Assembly: GCA_035503715.1 (NCBI GenBank) | Contig: DATJTE010000117.1 | Coordinates: 4,832-68,831 of the forward strand | Origin: Rhizobiaceae bacterium | GTDB taxonomy: Bacteria > Pseudomonadota > Alphaproteobacteria > Rhizobiales > Rhizobiaceae | Direction of reading: 5' to 3' | DNA length: 64,000 bases | Position numbers and translations under genes: made by a program | The notes under the pieces: generated by a model | What the model saw: the letters and a program-made list of their open reading frames with translations, nothing else | The model's database searches: none | Told to the model about the DNA's origin: nothing | Shown here: piece by piece, positions 6,645 through 16,325 of the stretch | Layout: every line of letters begins with the position of its first letter | Numbering within the stretch: position 1 is the first letter of the stretch

Positions 6645-7976
6645 TCAAATGTGCCTTCCAACCAGCCGGTTCAACGCAGCCAGCCCAAGCACCGGTCCTG
6701 GCACCAACGCCAGGAAAACATATTGCGGTCCTGCGGCTTCGATCAGTCGCGCGAGCAGAGCTATCGAAACAATTGTGATCGAAAAGCCGATACAATTGGC
6801 GATGGTTAGCGCGGAGCCGACGAGTTTCGACGGGGCGAAACGAGCATTGAGCGTTGAAAATTGCGGCGAGTCGCCGGCAACGACCACGCCCCAGAACAGG
6901 ACAAAGGCAAGAAAAATCGGCAAGGGCGCCACGAAGGCCAATGGCGAAACGAGACAGCAAAGGCCGGACGCCGACAGCTGCGCAAAGGCGACGCGCGCAC
7001 TACCGGTGGTGCGCGAGAGATAACCGCCGGCTATGCAGCCAAGAAAGCCTGAGGCGATGGCAGCAAAACTCCACACCGAAACTGCGGCGTCGCCGGTTCC
7101 CAAGCGCGCCGCCAGAAGCACAGGGAGAAAGGCATAAAACGCGTAGAGTTCCCACATATGGCCGAAATAGCCGAAGGCCGACGCCCTAAAATCGGCCGAG
7201 CGGAAGATCGCCGCGAATGCGGTGGGGTCGAACTTGGCGCCCGTTTTGAGATAAGGTCCATCCGGCACGAGAACGAGCATCGCCAGACCTCCGGCGACCG
7301 ATATCGCCGAGACGGACAGGATCACGCCCTGCCACGGCAGATCGCCTCCCAAGCCCCTGATGAGATGCGGAAGCGCAGTTCCGAGCACCAACGCTCCGAC
7401 CAGCCAGCCGAGCGCTAGCCCCAGGTCACGGTCGTACCAGCCCGAAGCAATCTTCATGCCCACGGGATACATTCCGGCGAGAAAGAAGCCCGTGGCAAAA
7501 CGCGCCACGAGCAACGGCAGGAGTTCGCCGCCGCTGGCGAGCGTCGTGGCATTGGCGGTCGCACCGGCGAGCGCCGATAGGAAGAAGATAATACGTGGCG
7601 AATAGCGATCGGAGACCGCCAGCCAAGCGAAGACCAGCGTACCCGCGATGAAGCCGAACTGCACGGCAATCGTAATGTTGCCGACGGCAGAGGAGGGGAG
7701 CCCGGCGGTGCGTTGCAGATCGGGCAGCACTGCATTGCCGGCGAACCATAGCGACGTCGCGGCGAACTGCGAGATTACGATGGTGGGCAGGATGCGAACA
7801 GGAACAGCAGCCAAGGCGGAATTCTCGTTGCGACGTCCTTGTTCCAAGCTCCTGTCACATTCGGTCGTAGTCGTCCAATGGCATACCGACAACTCAGACC
7901 AACACCGGAGTATCGAATGTCTCAGGCGGCGAAAACGGTCTGTCGGCTTTCGGCGAGGATTGGCAGTAGGCTGCAT
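6645..7976 (-). CDS. MFS transporter (start codon uncertain; the first ~45 codons of the ORF are probably not coding)
   Basis: About 12 hydrophobic segments from ...ILPTIVISQFAATSLWFAGNAVLPDL... to ...VFLALVPGPVLGLAAL; no ATG near the first TM segment. Confidence 0.75.
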   Translation of the reverse strand: MQPTANPRRKPTDRFRRLRHSILRCWSELSVCHWTTTTECDRSLEQGRRNENSALAAVPVRILPTIVISQFAATSLWFAGNAVLPDLQRTAGLPSSAVGNITIAVQFGFIAGTLVFAWLAVSDRYSPRIIFFLSALAGATANATTLASGGELLPLLVARFATGFFLAGMYPVGMKIASGWYDRDLGLALGWLVGALVLGTALPHLIRGLGGDLPWQGVILSVSAISVAGGLAMLVLVPDGPYLKTGAKFDPTAFAAIFRSADFRASAFGYFGHMWELYAFYAFLPVLLAARLGTGDAAVSVWSFAAIASGFLGCIAGGYLSRTTGSARVAFAQLSASGLCCLVSPLAFVAPLPIFLAFVLFWGVVVAGDSPQFSTLNARFAPSKLVGSALTIANCIGFSITIVSIALLARLIEAAGPQYVFLALVPGPVLGLAALNRLVGRHI

Positions 7977-8319
7977 AGGGCTGCCGGATTGGTCAAGTTA
8001 TCTCGTTTGTTCCCGACCTATTGTTGCCGCTCGAATTTCATGACGCGGATACTGCCGATGGGCATGATTCGTCGGTCAACTCGCCATGGCAAAGCCTTCG
8101 TGTGCAATGACGCTAAGCGCAAAGAACCGCGAAAATGCGCGAGACATGCCCCGGACGCGCGAAATGAGCTGATTTTCTCCAGCGGCCAGCAACTTTAGTA
8201 GCGAGAGCCATTTTCATTGCCCCAGGTACACAGAGAAACATCGCGGCAGATCAGGGCTGCCCCTCACTTCCAATAGGTAAACAGGTTTGGTATCGACCGC
8301 CTGGGTGAGAGGTTGGCGA

Positions 8320-10440
8320 ATGGTCACAATTAATGAATCCGGCAAGTACACGCTTTTCAGTTCACTGACCGGCAGGCCGGAAATAGATTCGCTCACGCGC
8401 GGGGTTAAATGGGGCGGCGCCGTTGGAACGGGCGCCACGGTCACTTACAGCTTTCCGGGCACCGGCGGATCGGAATCATACTGGTCGTCGTCCTATCCGC
8501 CGGCGCCCCTCGCTCACATCACTTACATGTCTGCGGACGAGCGCGCCGCCATTCGCGACGTGCTCTCCATTTTCAGCATGTATGCCAACATCAAATTCGT
8601 CGAAGTGACCGACGGCCGCTCGGTCGGCCAGATGCGTTTCGCAAAATCTAATATCGATGGATTCGGAGGCAAGCTCGCGGTTGCCTATCCCATCGCCAAC
8701 AACCCTCAAGCCGGGGACGTCTGGTTCGACAGGTCGGATCCATTGAGTGGCCTCACCGGTACGGTTGGGGCGGCAAGATATGTGGCTCTTCATGAGATCG
8801 GGCATGCGCTCGGATTGAAGCACCCGAACGAGGGCGCTATCCAGTCGAGCCTCAACATGGACCCTGCGAATTCCGTCATGGGGCCGGTCATTCCGACCAT
8901 CGGTGGCATGTACGGCAGTTGGGCATCCCCTATGCTCAACGATGTGTTGGCGCTCCAGCGCCTTTACGGAAAGAACATTCACTTCAATACCGACAATACG
9001 CTCTACAACGCGAACAAGCTTTGGCAGACGTTCGGCGGAAGTGGGACCCATAGCGCTCTGTGGGACGCCGGAGGCATCGACACTCTCGTGATCAATGTCG
9101 TCGAGTTCTCTCTCGACCCGCTGCATCCGAAGGACCAGGGTCTGCGAATTGTGCCGGGCGCGGTCATCGAGAATCTGACAACCCGCTACGGGTACGGAAC
9201 GATCCTGGGTAATTCCGCCAATAACGTGATCAAGCTGAACGGCGATATGATGCCGCCGAATTATTCCGGCCAATGGAGTTCACGGCCCGGCGCGGATATC
9301 CGAACAGGTCTTGGAAACGATACGGTTTATCTCCCCGGCCGCTATTACGACATTTTCGGACCGATCACGATCGACCAAAATCCGCTGTTTTCGCCCAACC
9401 TGGTCTATGCCGGGAGCGGCAACGACACGCTCTACGGCAGCCCTGAAATCGATAACCTCTATGGGGAAAGCGGCAACGACTATTTCCGGCCGGGCTTGTC
9501 GATCGACCTGGTCAATGGCGGCAGCGGTTCCGACACGGTCGACTATTCGACCAGTTCGGTTTTTCTCGAAATCTCCCTGAGCGCGGCCGGTAACGCCACC
9601 GTGTCGCTGGGAGGCACTCCTTTCGACACGCTGCTTTCAATCGAGAATCTCACCGGCGGTTCAGGCAACGACGTGCTGTTTGGGAATGACGGCAGCGCCG
9701 TGGCGAACTTCCTGCGTGGCGGCAAGGGCTCCGACAGCCTTAACGGCCAGCAGGGAAATGACACGCTCCAGGGTGGCCTGGGCTACGATTATCTTACCGG
9801 CGGGACGGGTTCCGATTTCGCTGACTATTCGGACCGGTCGCTCGCGGTATCTGTAACGCTGATCGCCGGCGCAACCGTCCAAGCACGCGTCAACGGGATC
9901 GTCGAAGACGATTTGATCAGCATCGAGAACCTTCGCGGCGGTGGAGGCCGGGACAGGTTCATCGGCAGCACGGGCGCCAATATTTTGGATGGAGGGGCTG
10001 GCGACGACCAGCTGGCCGGCGGTATCGGGAGTGATACGCTGTATGGTGGAGCCGGAAATGACCGCCTTAGAGGCGACGCCGGCACAGACAAACTCAACGG
10101 CGGCTTAGGCAAGGACATGCTCACCGGCGGCGCCGATGCCGATCTCTTCATCTTCTCGGCCAAGACTCATTCGGTTGTGGGGATTAACGCCGACCGCATT
10201 CTTGATTTTGATGACGGCAACACCGGCGACCGGATCGATATCTCGGCGCTGTTCGGTCCAGCGATGACCTATCGCCACAATCTCGTCTTCACCGGTGCCG
10301 GTCAGGTCCGCATCAACGACATTGCCGGCGCGGACGTAATCGTGGAGGTCAATACCGGCGGGACGCTCGCGGCGGATTTCTCGATCCGGCTCGTCAACAC
10401 GACATTGAGCAGCATGAATGCCGGCGACTTTGTGTTGTAG
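8320..10440 (+). CDS. Secreted M10/serralysin-type zinc metalloprotease with C-terminal RTX Ca-binding repeats (type I secretion substrate)
   Basis: ATG 8320 with GAGAGG 7 nt upstream. HEIGHALGLKHP zinc motif, NSVMGP Met-turn-like, many GGxGxD nonapeptides (GGSGNDVLFG, GGKGSDSLNG, GGTGSDFADY, GGAGDDQLAG, GGAGNDRLRG, GGLGKDMLTG). No N-terminal signal peptide; C-terminal ...DFVL. Confidence 0.85.
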   Translation: MVTINESGKYTLFSSLTGRPEIDSLTRGVKWGGAVGTGATVTYSFPGTGGSESYWSSSYPPAPLAHITYMSADERAAIRDVLSIFSMYANIKFVEVTDGRSVGQMRFAKSNIDGFGGKLAVAYPIANNPQAGDVWFDRSDPLSGLTGTVGAARYVALHEIGHALGLKHPNEGAIQSSLNMDPANSVMGPVIPTIGGMYGSWASPMLNDVLALQRLYGKNIHFNTDNTLYNANKLWQTFGGSGTHSALWDAGGIDTLVINVVEFSLDPLHPKDQGLRIVPGAVIENLTTRYGYGTILGNSANNVIKLNGDMMPPNYSGQWSSRPGADIRTGLGNDTVYLPGRYYDIFGPITIDQNPLFSPNLVYAGSGNDTLYGSPEIDNLYGESGNDYFRPGLSIDLVNGGSGSDTVDYSTSSVFLEISLSAAGNATVSLGGTPFDTLLSIENLTGGSGNDVLFGNDGSAVANFLRGGKGSDSLNGQQGNDTLQGGLGYDYLTGGTGSDFADYSDRSLAVSVTLIAGATVQARVNGIVEDDLISIENLRGGGGRDRFIGSTGANILDGGAGDDQLAGGIGSDTLYGGAGNDRLRGDAGTDKLNGGLGKDMLTGGADADLFIFSAKTHSVVGINADRILDFDDGNTGDRIDISALFGPAMTYRHNLVFTGAGQVRINDIAGADVIVEVNTGGTLAADFSIRLVNTTLSSMNAGDFVL

Positions 10441-10654
10441 TGCTGAAAGCGGCGGCAGGGGCATGACCCCTCGGGCCAAGAAGGCGCCAAGCGGACCGGC
10501 TACTTTGAGGCCGACAGCCGTCATTCCGCTAATTGGATTGGATGGCGAAAAGCGGCCGTTCGACTCCCAACCCAGAATGGGTCACTCTGGCTGCGGAGCG
10601 CGCGAAAGCGGCCGGCGTTCACATGAGTTGCCTCTCGCGGGGTGGACGCAGGCG

Positions 10655-11425
10655 TCAGACAGTGGCTGCCACGAATTGCTCGATTTTTTGGGCGACCCAG
10701 TCTGGTCTTGTAATTGTGGGAACGTGTCCGGCGCCTTCAGCAATCGCCAGTGTCGCGCACGGCATTAACGAAACCAGCCTTTGCGACGAAGCGAGCGGTG
10801 CGATCGCATCACGGCTACCGTGGATGGCGAGGGTTGGAATAGTCAGAGCCGGCAGGCGCGAGGCAATGTCGATTCCGTCCAGGCACTCCATGAGCTCGAC
10901 GGCGGCTTTTCCGTTGGATCGCTTGACGATCAATCTGCCCCACGCACGCTCGGCCTCGCATTCGTCTTCGGGGACGCAGGCGTTGACGAATGCATCCATC
11001 GTGGCGTGGAAGTCGCTTCGGCAACCCTGGAGCATCTTGTCCAATTGTGTAGACCGCTCGCCCACGTAGCGACCATCGATTATCACCAGACCATCGAACC
11101 GTGAGGGTTGCCTGAGCGCGGCTTCCAAAACGATCGCCGCGCCTGCCGATTCACCCGCCAGCACGCACGTTTCGATTTCGAGCGAATCCAATACTCTGAA
11201 GAGATCGTCGACCAACAGTTCGAATGTGATCCGCGGCGCCGTGCTTATCGTCGCGCCGGTGCCGCGATGGTCGTAGGTCACAGTTCGCCAGTGGCGACTG
11301 AGATGCTCGAATACTGGAAGCCATAACTCACCGCTTCCGACCCATCCGCCATGCGCCACGATGGTCCGTGGCCCGTCACCGAACGCGGTCATCATGATGC
11401 TGGCGTTGTCTGACTTTAAGAACAT
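10655..11425 (-). CDS. Alpha/beta-fold hydrolase
   Basis: HGGWVGSGELW, nucleophile elbow GESAG, C-terminal GAGHVP. Confidence 0.8.
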   Translation of the reverse strand: MFLKSDNASIMMTAFGDGPRTIVAHGGWVGSGELWLPVFEHLSRHWRTVTYDHRGTGATISTAPRITFELLVDDLFRVLDSLEIETCVLAGESAGAAIVLEAALRQPSRFDGLVIIDGRYVGERSTQLDKMLQGCRSDFHATMDAFVNACVPEDECEAERAWGRLIVKRSNGKAAVELMECLDGIDIASRLPALTIPTLAIHGSRDAIAPLASSQRLVSLMPCATLAIAEGAGHVPTITRPDWVAQKIEQFVAATV

Positions 11426-12023
11426 TGCTGCCTCGCGACGCTAGAGAATGGCCGATTGGCTGCAGTTCGTCGAGATTGGAGCCGCGGAACAATGTCCTGA
11501 ACGAGGCCATGACCTGCCCTGTCCGGTACTGTCCGCGGGTGACGCGCGGCCCAAACTCCGGCGAGTATCACCTAGTTGCTGTTAGTACGGGCTGTTGTCG
11601 AATTCTGCATGAGCACCCACTTCTCAACAGCCGAGATGAAGCGGTTTAGACAGCTTCAGGGCCGGTCGCGAACTGTCTTATCTAAATCATCGCTGGCTGA
11701 TGGCTGCCAACCGGATTGCGAGCCGATGTCCGAAATTGACAACTTCATATCGACTTGCAGTTTACATCGACGTTCTCCACCGCATGCAATCCGGATCGCG
11801 ACATCGATGCGATTTACTCTGCCATCGGCTGGTGGTGGCCGAAATCGACACTCGCGATCCCTCCACCCACTTCTTCTGACTACCCGCGCAAAAGCATCTG
11901 TGTCCATGGCTCCCACAACCTCGTCATTCAAGGGTAACAAGTTCGGCTCTAGGCGCACAGCGCCGCTTGCACGATGGCGGCGTGCGGTGCACCTTCACTC
12001 AGGCTGCGCTGACGGAGAGAACT

Positions 12024-12197
12024 ATGCGGGCAATCTTCGGTTTACTACTCATCGTCCTTGCCGGGGTCGCGATAATAATGCTTAGACCGGGAGTGGCGGG
12101 GAACAAGATTTTCGAGGGCCGCCTTGGCTTTGCGATGGTTCCACCACTCGTGCTCGCGGCTTTCGCAATGGGCGTGGCGCTCGTAATCACCAGTTAA
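12024..12197 (+). CDS. Hypothetical small membrane protein (57 aa, 2 TM)
   Basis: MRAIFGLLLIVLAGVAIIML...VPPLVLAAFAMGVALVITS; GGAGAG 5 nt upstream of ATG. Sits in an otherwise ORF-poor stretch. Confidence 0.3.
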   Translation: MRAIFGLLLIVLAGVAIIMLRPGVAGNKIFEGRLGFAMVPPLVLAAFAMGVALVITS

Positions 12198-12446
12198 TAA
12201 GCATTGCTGCTGCAATCGCGTGCAACCACCGTTGTTGGCATCAACGTTGATACGGCAACGTGCAGCCCTTCAGAGGCCGCGTGCCGCAATGGAAACAACA
12301 GATCCCAGCCTGAAAACCGATGCGATGATGAGAAAAGCGATCACACCACAGGTCCACACTTTCATCGCGCGGTTTGCTGTCTGGTCTGTTATTCAACATG
12401 CGCGACGCTCGTTTAGTCGCGCTGAATGCCAGACAGGCCGCATGAC

Positions 12447-13694
12447 TTACGCCTGCAATCGCACCGGCAAAGCGGAGAGCGCGCGAATGCCGAGCCTCTT
12501 GTGCCAACGCAATTTACCGGCGGGGACGGCTAGGTGCATGTCGGGGAAGCACGCGATTAAGCGCTCTATCGCGACAGCAGCCTCCAACCGTGCAAGTTGA
12601 AAGCCGAGGCAGAAATGTACGCCTGTCCCGAATGACAGGTGTGGGTTGGGGAGACGTGTAATGTCGAACCGGTGCGCGTCCTCAAATTTCGCGGGATCGA
12701 AATTCGCGGCCGCGAGAAAACCTGCAAGCATGTCGCCTTTTCGCAAACGAAAACCTTGCCAGAAGAGGTCGCGCCTCGCGAAGCGCGGTTTTGTCATTTG
12801 GACGGGCGAAACCCAGCGTAGGCATTCTTCGACGCAAAGGCTGGTTAGATTGGGATCATCCTGCAAAAGTTCACGCTGACGGGGGTATGATAACAAGGCA
12901 GCGATCCCTCCAGCCAAAAGGTGCGTTGTTGTTTCCTGCCCAGCCCCGAACAGCAAAAAAATCATCGAGACTAGTTCATCGTCGCTAAGTGCTTCACCAT
13001 CGGAGATCGAGTCTCCCAACGCGACAATCAAGCCACCAGGAAGCGCGCCGCCTCCCGGACGTGACACTCGCCGCAGGTATCGTACGACGCGGATCACGCC
13101 AGGTATGGCCCGGATCACCGCTCCGACGTTTGCCGTATCTTTGAGGCCGCCCAGCCAGTTCTTGAACTTGTCATGGTCCGCTCGTGGTAGGCCGAGAAGC
13201 TCGCAAATGACCGAGAGCGGGAGGTCGCGGCAGAATTCGGCCAAAAGGTCGACTTCTCTTTTGCTCTTAAGCCGGTCTAACAGTCGATCGGCGACATGCT
13301 CAATCATAGGACGGCTCGCCTGGACGGCCTGCCTTTGAAATGCCTGATCAACAAGGCCCCGCAGCCGGCGGTGCTCGGGATCGTCATGACCCAGCATGTT
13401 CGATGCGAGTAGCCCAATTGTCCTTGGAAGAATTTTCAAGATGCGTTGCTGCGTCTTAATGCCGGCATTCAAGGGATCTCGCGCAAAGCTCTCATGATCC
13501 TTGAGCAACTCCGAGCAAGCATCGTGGGAGACCGCGAGAAGAGTACGTCCGAAGATCGGTAGCTTCATCGGAACAAGTGGACCCTCCGCCCGCATGGCAT
13601 CTAATGTTGGTACGGGGTTTGCATGAAACTCGGCTGAGACGATATTGAAGTCAGCCGTCGCGAATCTTGCGCGCTTTTGCAGAGCGGATGTCAT
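12447..13694 (-). CDS. Cytochrome P450
   Basis: Heme-binding FGTGVHFCLGFQLA (FxxGxHxCxG), I-helix LFGAGQETT, ExxR (VEECLR). The start ATG at 13694 overlaps the nhaA stop (ATGA). Confidence 0.85.
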   Translation of the reverse strand: MTSALQKRARFATADFNIVSAEFHANPVPTLDAMRAEGPLVPMKLPIFGRTLLAVSHDACSELLKDHESFARDPLNAGIKTQQRILKILPRTIGLLASNMLGHDDPEHRRLRGLVDQAFQRQAVQASRPMIEHVADRLLDRLKSKREVDLLAEFCRDLPLSVICELLGLPRADHDKFKNWLGGLKDTANVGAVIRAIPGVIRVVRYLRRVSRPGGGALPGGLIVALGDSISDGEALSDDELVSMIFLLFGAGQETTTHLLAGGIAALLSYPRQRELLQDDPNLTSLCVEECLRWVSPVQMTKPRFARRDLFWQGFRLRKGDMLAGFLAAANFDPAKFEDAHRFDITRLPNPHLSFGTGVHFCLGFQLARLEAAVAIERLIACFPDMHLAVPAGKLRWHKRLGIRALSALPVRLQA

Positions 13695-14875
13695 GCCGGT
13701 GTGCTCCGGCGCAGGACGAGAACGCCTGCCAACGCAGAAATGAGTGAGCCCAACAAGATTCCGATCTTCGCCTGATCCTGCATCAGCACGGAGTCCGGAT
13801 ATGCCAAAAGTCCGACAAAAAGGCTCATGGTGAAGCCGATGCCGCACAGCAGAGAAACGCCAACGATATGCCGCCACGTTGCATATTGCGGCATGTCGAC
13901 TAGGCCCGACTTGATCGCTATTGCGGAAGTTCCAAGAACTCCGATCAATTTCCCAGCAAACAGGCCGAGCGCAATGCCGAAAGTGACCGGAGTCGAAAGC
14001 GCGACAAGGCTCATGCCTGCGAATGATACACCGGCATTCGCAAAGCCGAAGATCGGTACGACGATAAATGGCACGACGATGTGAAGATGGTGTTCAAGGC
14101 GGTGAAGGGGCGATACCTCGATATCGTTTCCAATACCGGGTGAGGACCGCACGGGAATTGTCATCGCGAGCATGACACCGGCGAGTGTGGCGTGGATGCC
14201 GGACTGAAGCACAAAATACCAAAGCGCAACGCCGAGAAGCGAATAGGGCCATAGCGTCAGGACGCCCATGCGATTGAAGATGGTAAGGTTGGCTAAGACC
14301 GCGAGCGCGGCTAGGACATACCAGAGTTGCAGATCGCCTGTGTAGAACACCGCGATGATCAGAACTGCGCCAAGGTCGTCGATTATGGCAAGTGCAGCGA
14401 GGAAGACTTTCATCGACGCGGGCACGCGGCGTCCCAGCAAAGACAAAACTCCCAGCGCGAATGCGATATCAGTTGCCGTTGGAATTGCCCAACCCCGCAA
14501 TGCTGATGTCTCGTTTGCATTGATCGCAACGAAGATCACCGCGGGCACAAGCATCCCGCCGGCCGCTGCGGCCCCAGGAAGGATTCGGCGTGGCCAGGTG
14601 GCGAGTTCGCCGTCCACAACTTCGCGTTTGATCTCGGCTCCAACCAGCAAAAAAAACAGCGCCATCAGCGCATCGTTTATCCAATGCAACGTGCTCAACG
14701 GTCCGATGTACGCATGGAGGGCGCTAAAGTAGACTTCGGCTAGCGATGAGTTGGCGGTAATAAGCGCCGCAGCTGCGGCGACCATCAGCAACATTCCGCC
14801 AGCCGACTCGCTTTCAAGAAATTCCCGAAAGACCGAGCGCGGTTTTTTCGTAGGGGGCATCTGTAAGTTATCCAT
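13691..14875 (-). CDS. Na+/H+ antiporter NhaA
   Basis: FREFLESESAGGMLLMVAAAAALITANS..., IPTATDIAFALGVL, AIIDDLGAVLIIA are NhaA signature segments. Alternative start is M6 at 14860. Confidence 0.85.
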   Translation of the reverse strand: MDNLQMPPTKKPRSVFREFLESESAGGMLLMVAAAAALITANSSLAEVYFSALHAYIGPLSTLHWINDALMALFFLLVGAEIKREVVDGELATWPRRILPGAAAAGGMLVPAVIFVAINANETSALRGWAIPTATDIAFALGVLSLLGRRVPASMKVFLAALAIIDDLGAVLIIAVFYTGDLQLWYVLAALAVLANLTIFNRMGVLTLWPYSLLGVALWYFVLQSGIHATLAGVMLAMTIPVRSSPGIGNDIEVSPLHRLEHHLHIVVPFIVVPIFGFANAGVSFAGMSLVALSTPVTFGIALGLFAGKLIGVLGTSAIAIKSGLVDMPQYATWRHIVGVSLLCGIGFTMSLFVGLLAYPDSVLMQDQAKIGILLGSLISALAGVLVLRRSTPA

Positions 14876-14881
14876 GGACGC

Positions 14882-15094
14882 TCAGGCTTTCCGCTCCGTC
14901 TCTGTGGGGCCAGCCTGGTCGGGGCCGGCGAAGTTGTCCGGCGCGTCGCGCACCATATCGTAGCTGTGATCGATAAACCGTTCACCGCCTCCTCCAGCAT
15001 CTGCTGATAGAGTCGGTTCGCCGACCAGCGTCAAACCAGCCATGAATAGAGAGAACAGAGTGGCCTTGCGAGCGATCGCGCGGGTTGGTGCCAT
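14882..15094 (-). CDS. Hypothetical small exported protein (70 aa)
   Basis: Signal-peptide-like N-terminus MAPTRAIARKATLFSLFMAGLTLVG. Ends 7 nt before nhaA; weak GAGG upstream. Confidence 0.3.
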   Translation of the reverse strand: MAPTRAIARKATLFSLFMAGLTLVGEPTLSADAGGGGERFIDHSYDMVRDAPDNFAGPDQAGPTETERKA

Positions 15095-15279
15095 GCGGCG
15101 CCTCGGACAGAGTTGTCACCACTGGCGGCCCGACCAGTGATACAACCTGTCCGCGCCTCGCGGCGATGACACCCAGATACCTTCTGCACGATAAATTCTT
15201 CGGTCGCAACCCGATCCAGCGGGCGGACTCTTCCGTCGTTTATCGCCTAAGATGGCGCACTGCTGTAGTTCGGTTTCGG

Positions 15280-15483
15280 TCAGAGTTCCGAGTAGAGTTG
15301 CGCGATCGCATCCCAACCGTAACGATTGCCCGAACGCGTTTCAATGAACGCACCCTTCTCACGCCTTGTCGGTGCGATTTCCATTGCAGCTCGAATAGCA
15401 TCCTCGAGCCGCGAAAACGTTTGCAGCTCACCATCGCCATTTACGTGAAAATCAGCGGGCTCCATCAGGTCGAGAGTGCTCAT
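15280..15483 (-). CDS. Hypothetical protein (67 aa), third gene of a 3-gene cassette
   Basis: ORF 15280..15507, likely start MSTLDLMEPADF; begins ~25 nt after the stop of the upstream ORF. Confidence 0.35.
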   Translation of the reverse strand: MSTLDLMEPADFHVNGDGELQTFSRLEDAIRAAMEIAPTRREKGAFIETRSGNRYGWDAIAQLYSEL

Positions 15484-15507
15484 GCCGGCCCCCAATGATG
15501 CACACAC

Positions 15508-15855
15508 CTAGCCGGCTTGCTCGTTCGCATCGCCGACCGTGCGTGCCAGAAAACTTGGAGGCGAGTTTTGCAGGCCTTTGATACAGTTGTCCATGAAGCG
15601 CTCGAAATCCGCTGAAAGGCGCGCGATCAGTTGCTCCTCTGGAGAGCCCTTGCCCCTCTCGTCGGCGATGATCTTGGCTGCCTGCCAAGCCGCATCTGCC
15701 CACATCTGAAATTCATCCGTCAGCTCGATCGCGCTCGCGGCGTTCGCCAGCGAAACGCGCAATCGAGCAAGCGCGGCATCTGGTCTTGCTTCCGGCTGAG
15801 ACAGGAAGGAGGTCTTCGCTATCGTGAGGTGTTTAAGAGCGGCGCCTTTCAGCAT
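15508..15855 (-). CDS. Hypothetical helical protein (115 aa)
   Basis: Internal M of ORF 15508..16200 (MLKGAALKHLTIAKTSFLSQPEARPDAALARLRV...). Its start overlaps the stop of the upstream membrane-protein ORF by 7 nt; the upstream part of the long ORF looks non-coding. Confidence 0.45.
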   Translation of the reverse strand: MLKGAALKHLTIAKTSFLSQPEARPDAALARLRVSLANAASAIELTDEFQMWADAAWQAAKIIADERGKGSPEEQLIARLSADFERFMDNCIKGLQNSPPSFLARTVGDANEQAG

Positions 15856-16325
15856 CGTTCCGGCATAAACTGACTTCTCACATCGGGACGGCTGAGCCAC
15901 CAGATCAGGGCACCGGCCACTGCCAGTCCGATAAGCCCGGCATAGGTTGGCGTTCCTGCAAGGTTTACCGCGGCGCTGATGGCGTTGATCGCGATGAAAC
16001 CAATAGCCAGTCGATAGGCCCACGGCTTTCGCAGAGACAAACCTATAGCGCAGAACGCAAACGCCACGGCCAAAATCGAAAAGCCAACGATCATTACGTG
16101 CGGGTATTGCGACAGAAATGCAAAGGCAGCTGGCTTGAGCACCCAGATAGCCGATGCGCCGGCGCCGATCTCTGTAAACGACAAGGCGACCACACCACAC
16201 AGCAGGGCACTTAAGGAAAAGAAGATGGTGATAAGGGCAGGCGTGACCGACGCCCCTTGCTCTCTCGCGCTCACAGTCACCGCCAATACACTGTTGCGGT
16301 AGCGTAAACGAGCATCAACAAACAC
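15849..16325 (-). CDS. Hypothetical membrane protein (158 aa, ~4 TM)
   Basis: Hydrophobic segments ALITIFFSLSALLCGVVALSF, VMIVGFSILAVAFAFCAIGL, LAIGFIAINAISAAV, GLIGLAVAGALIWWL. Confidence 0.5.
   Translation of the reverse strand: MFVDARLRYRNSVLAVTVSAREQGASVTPALITIFFSLSALLCGVVALSFTEIGAGASAIWVLKPAAFAFLSQYPHVMIVGFSILAVAFAFCAIGLSLRKPWAYRLAIGFIAINAISAAVNLAGTPTYAGLIGLAVAGALIWWLSRPDVRSQFMPERC

Noticed and set aside
11576-12085. 169-aa ORF on the plus strand in the ORF-poor gap
   Set aside because: It is Ser/Arg/Cys-rich with no RBS and no motifs, so it is likely non-coding.
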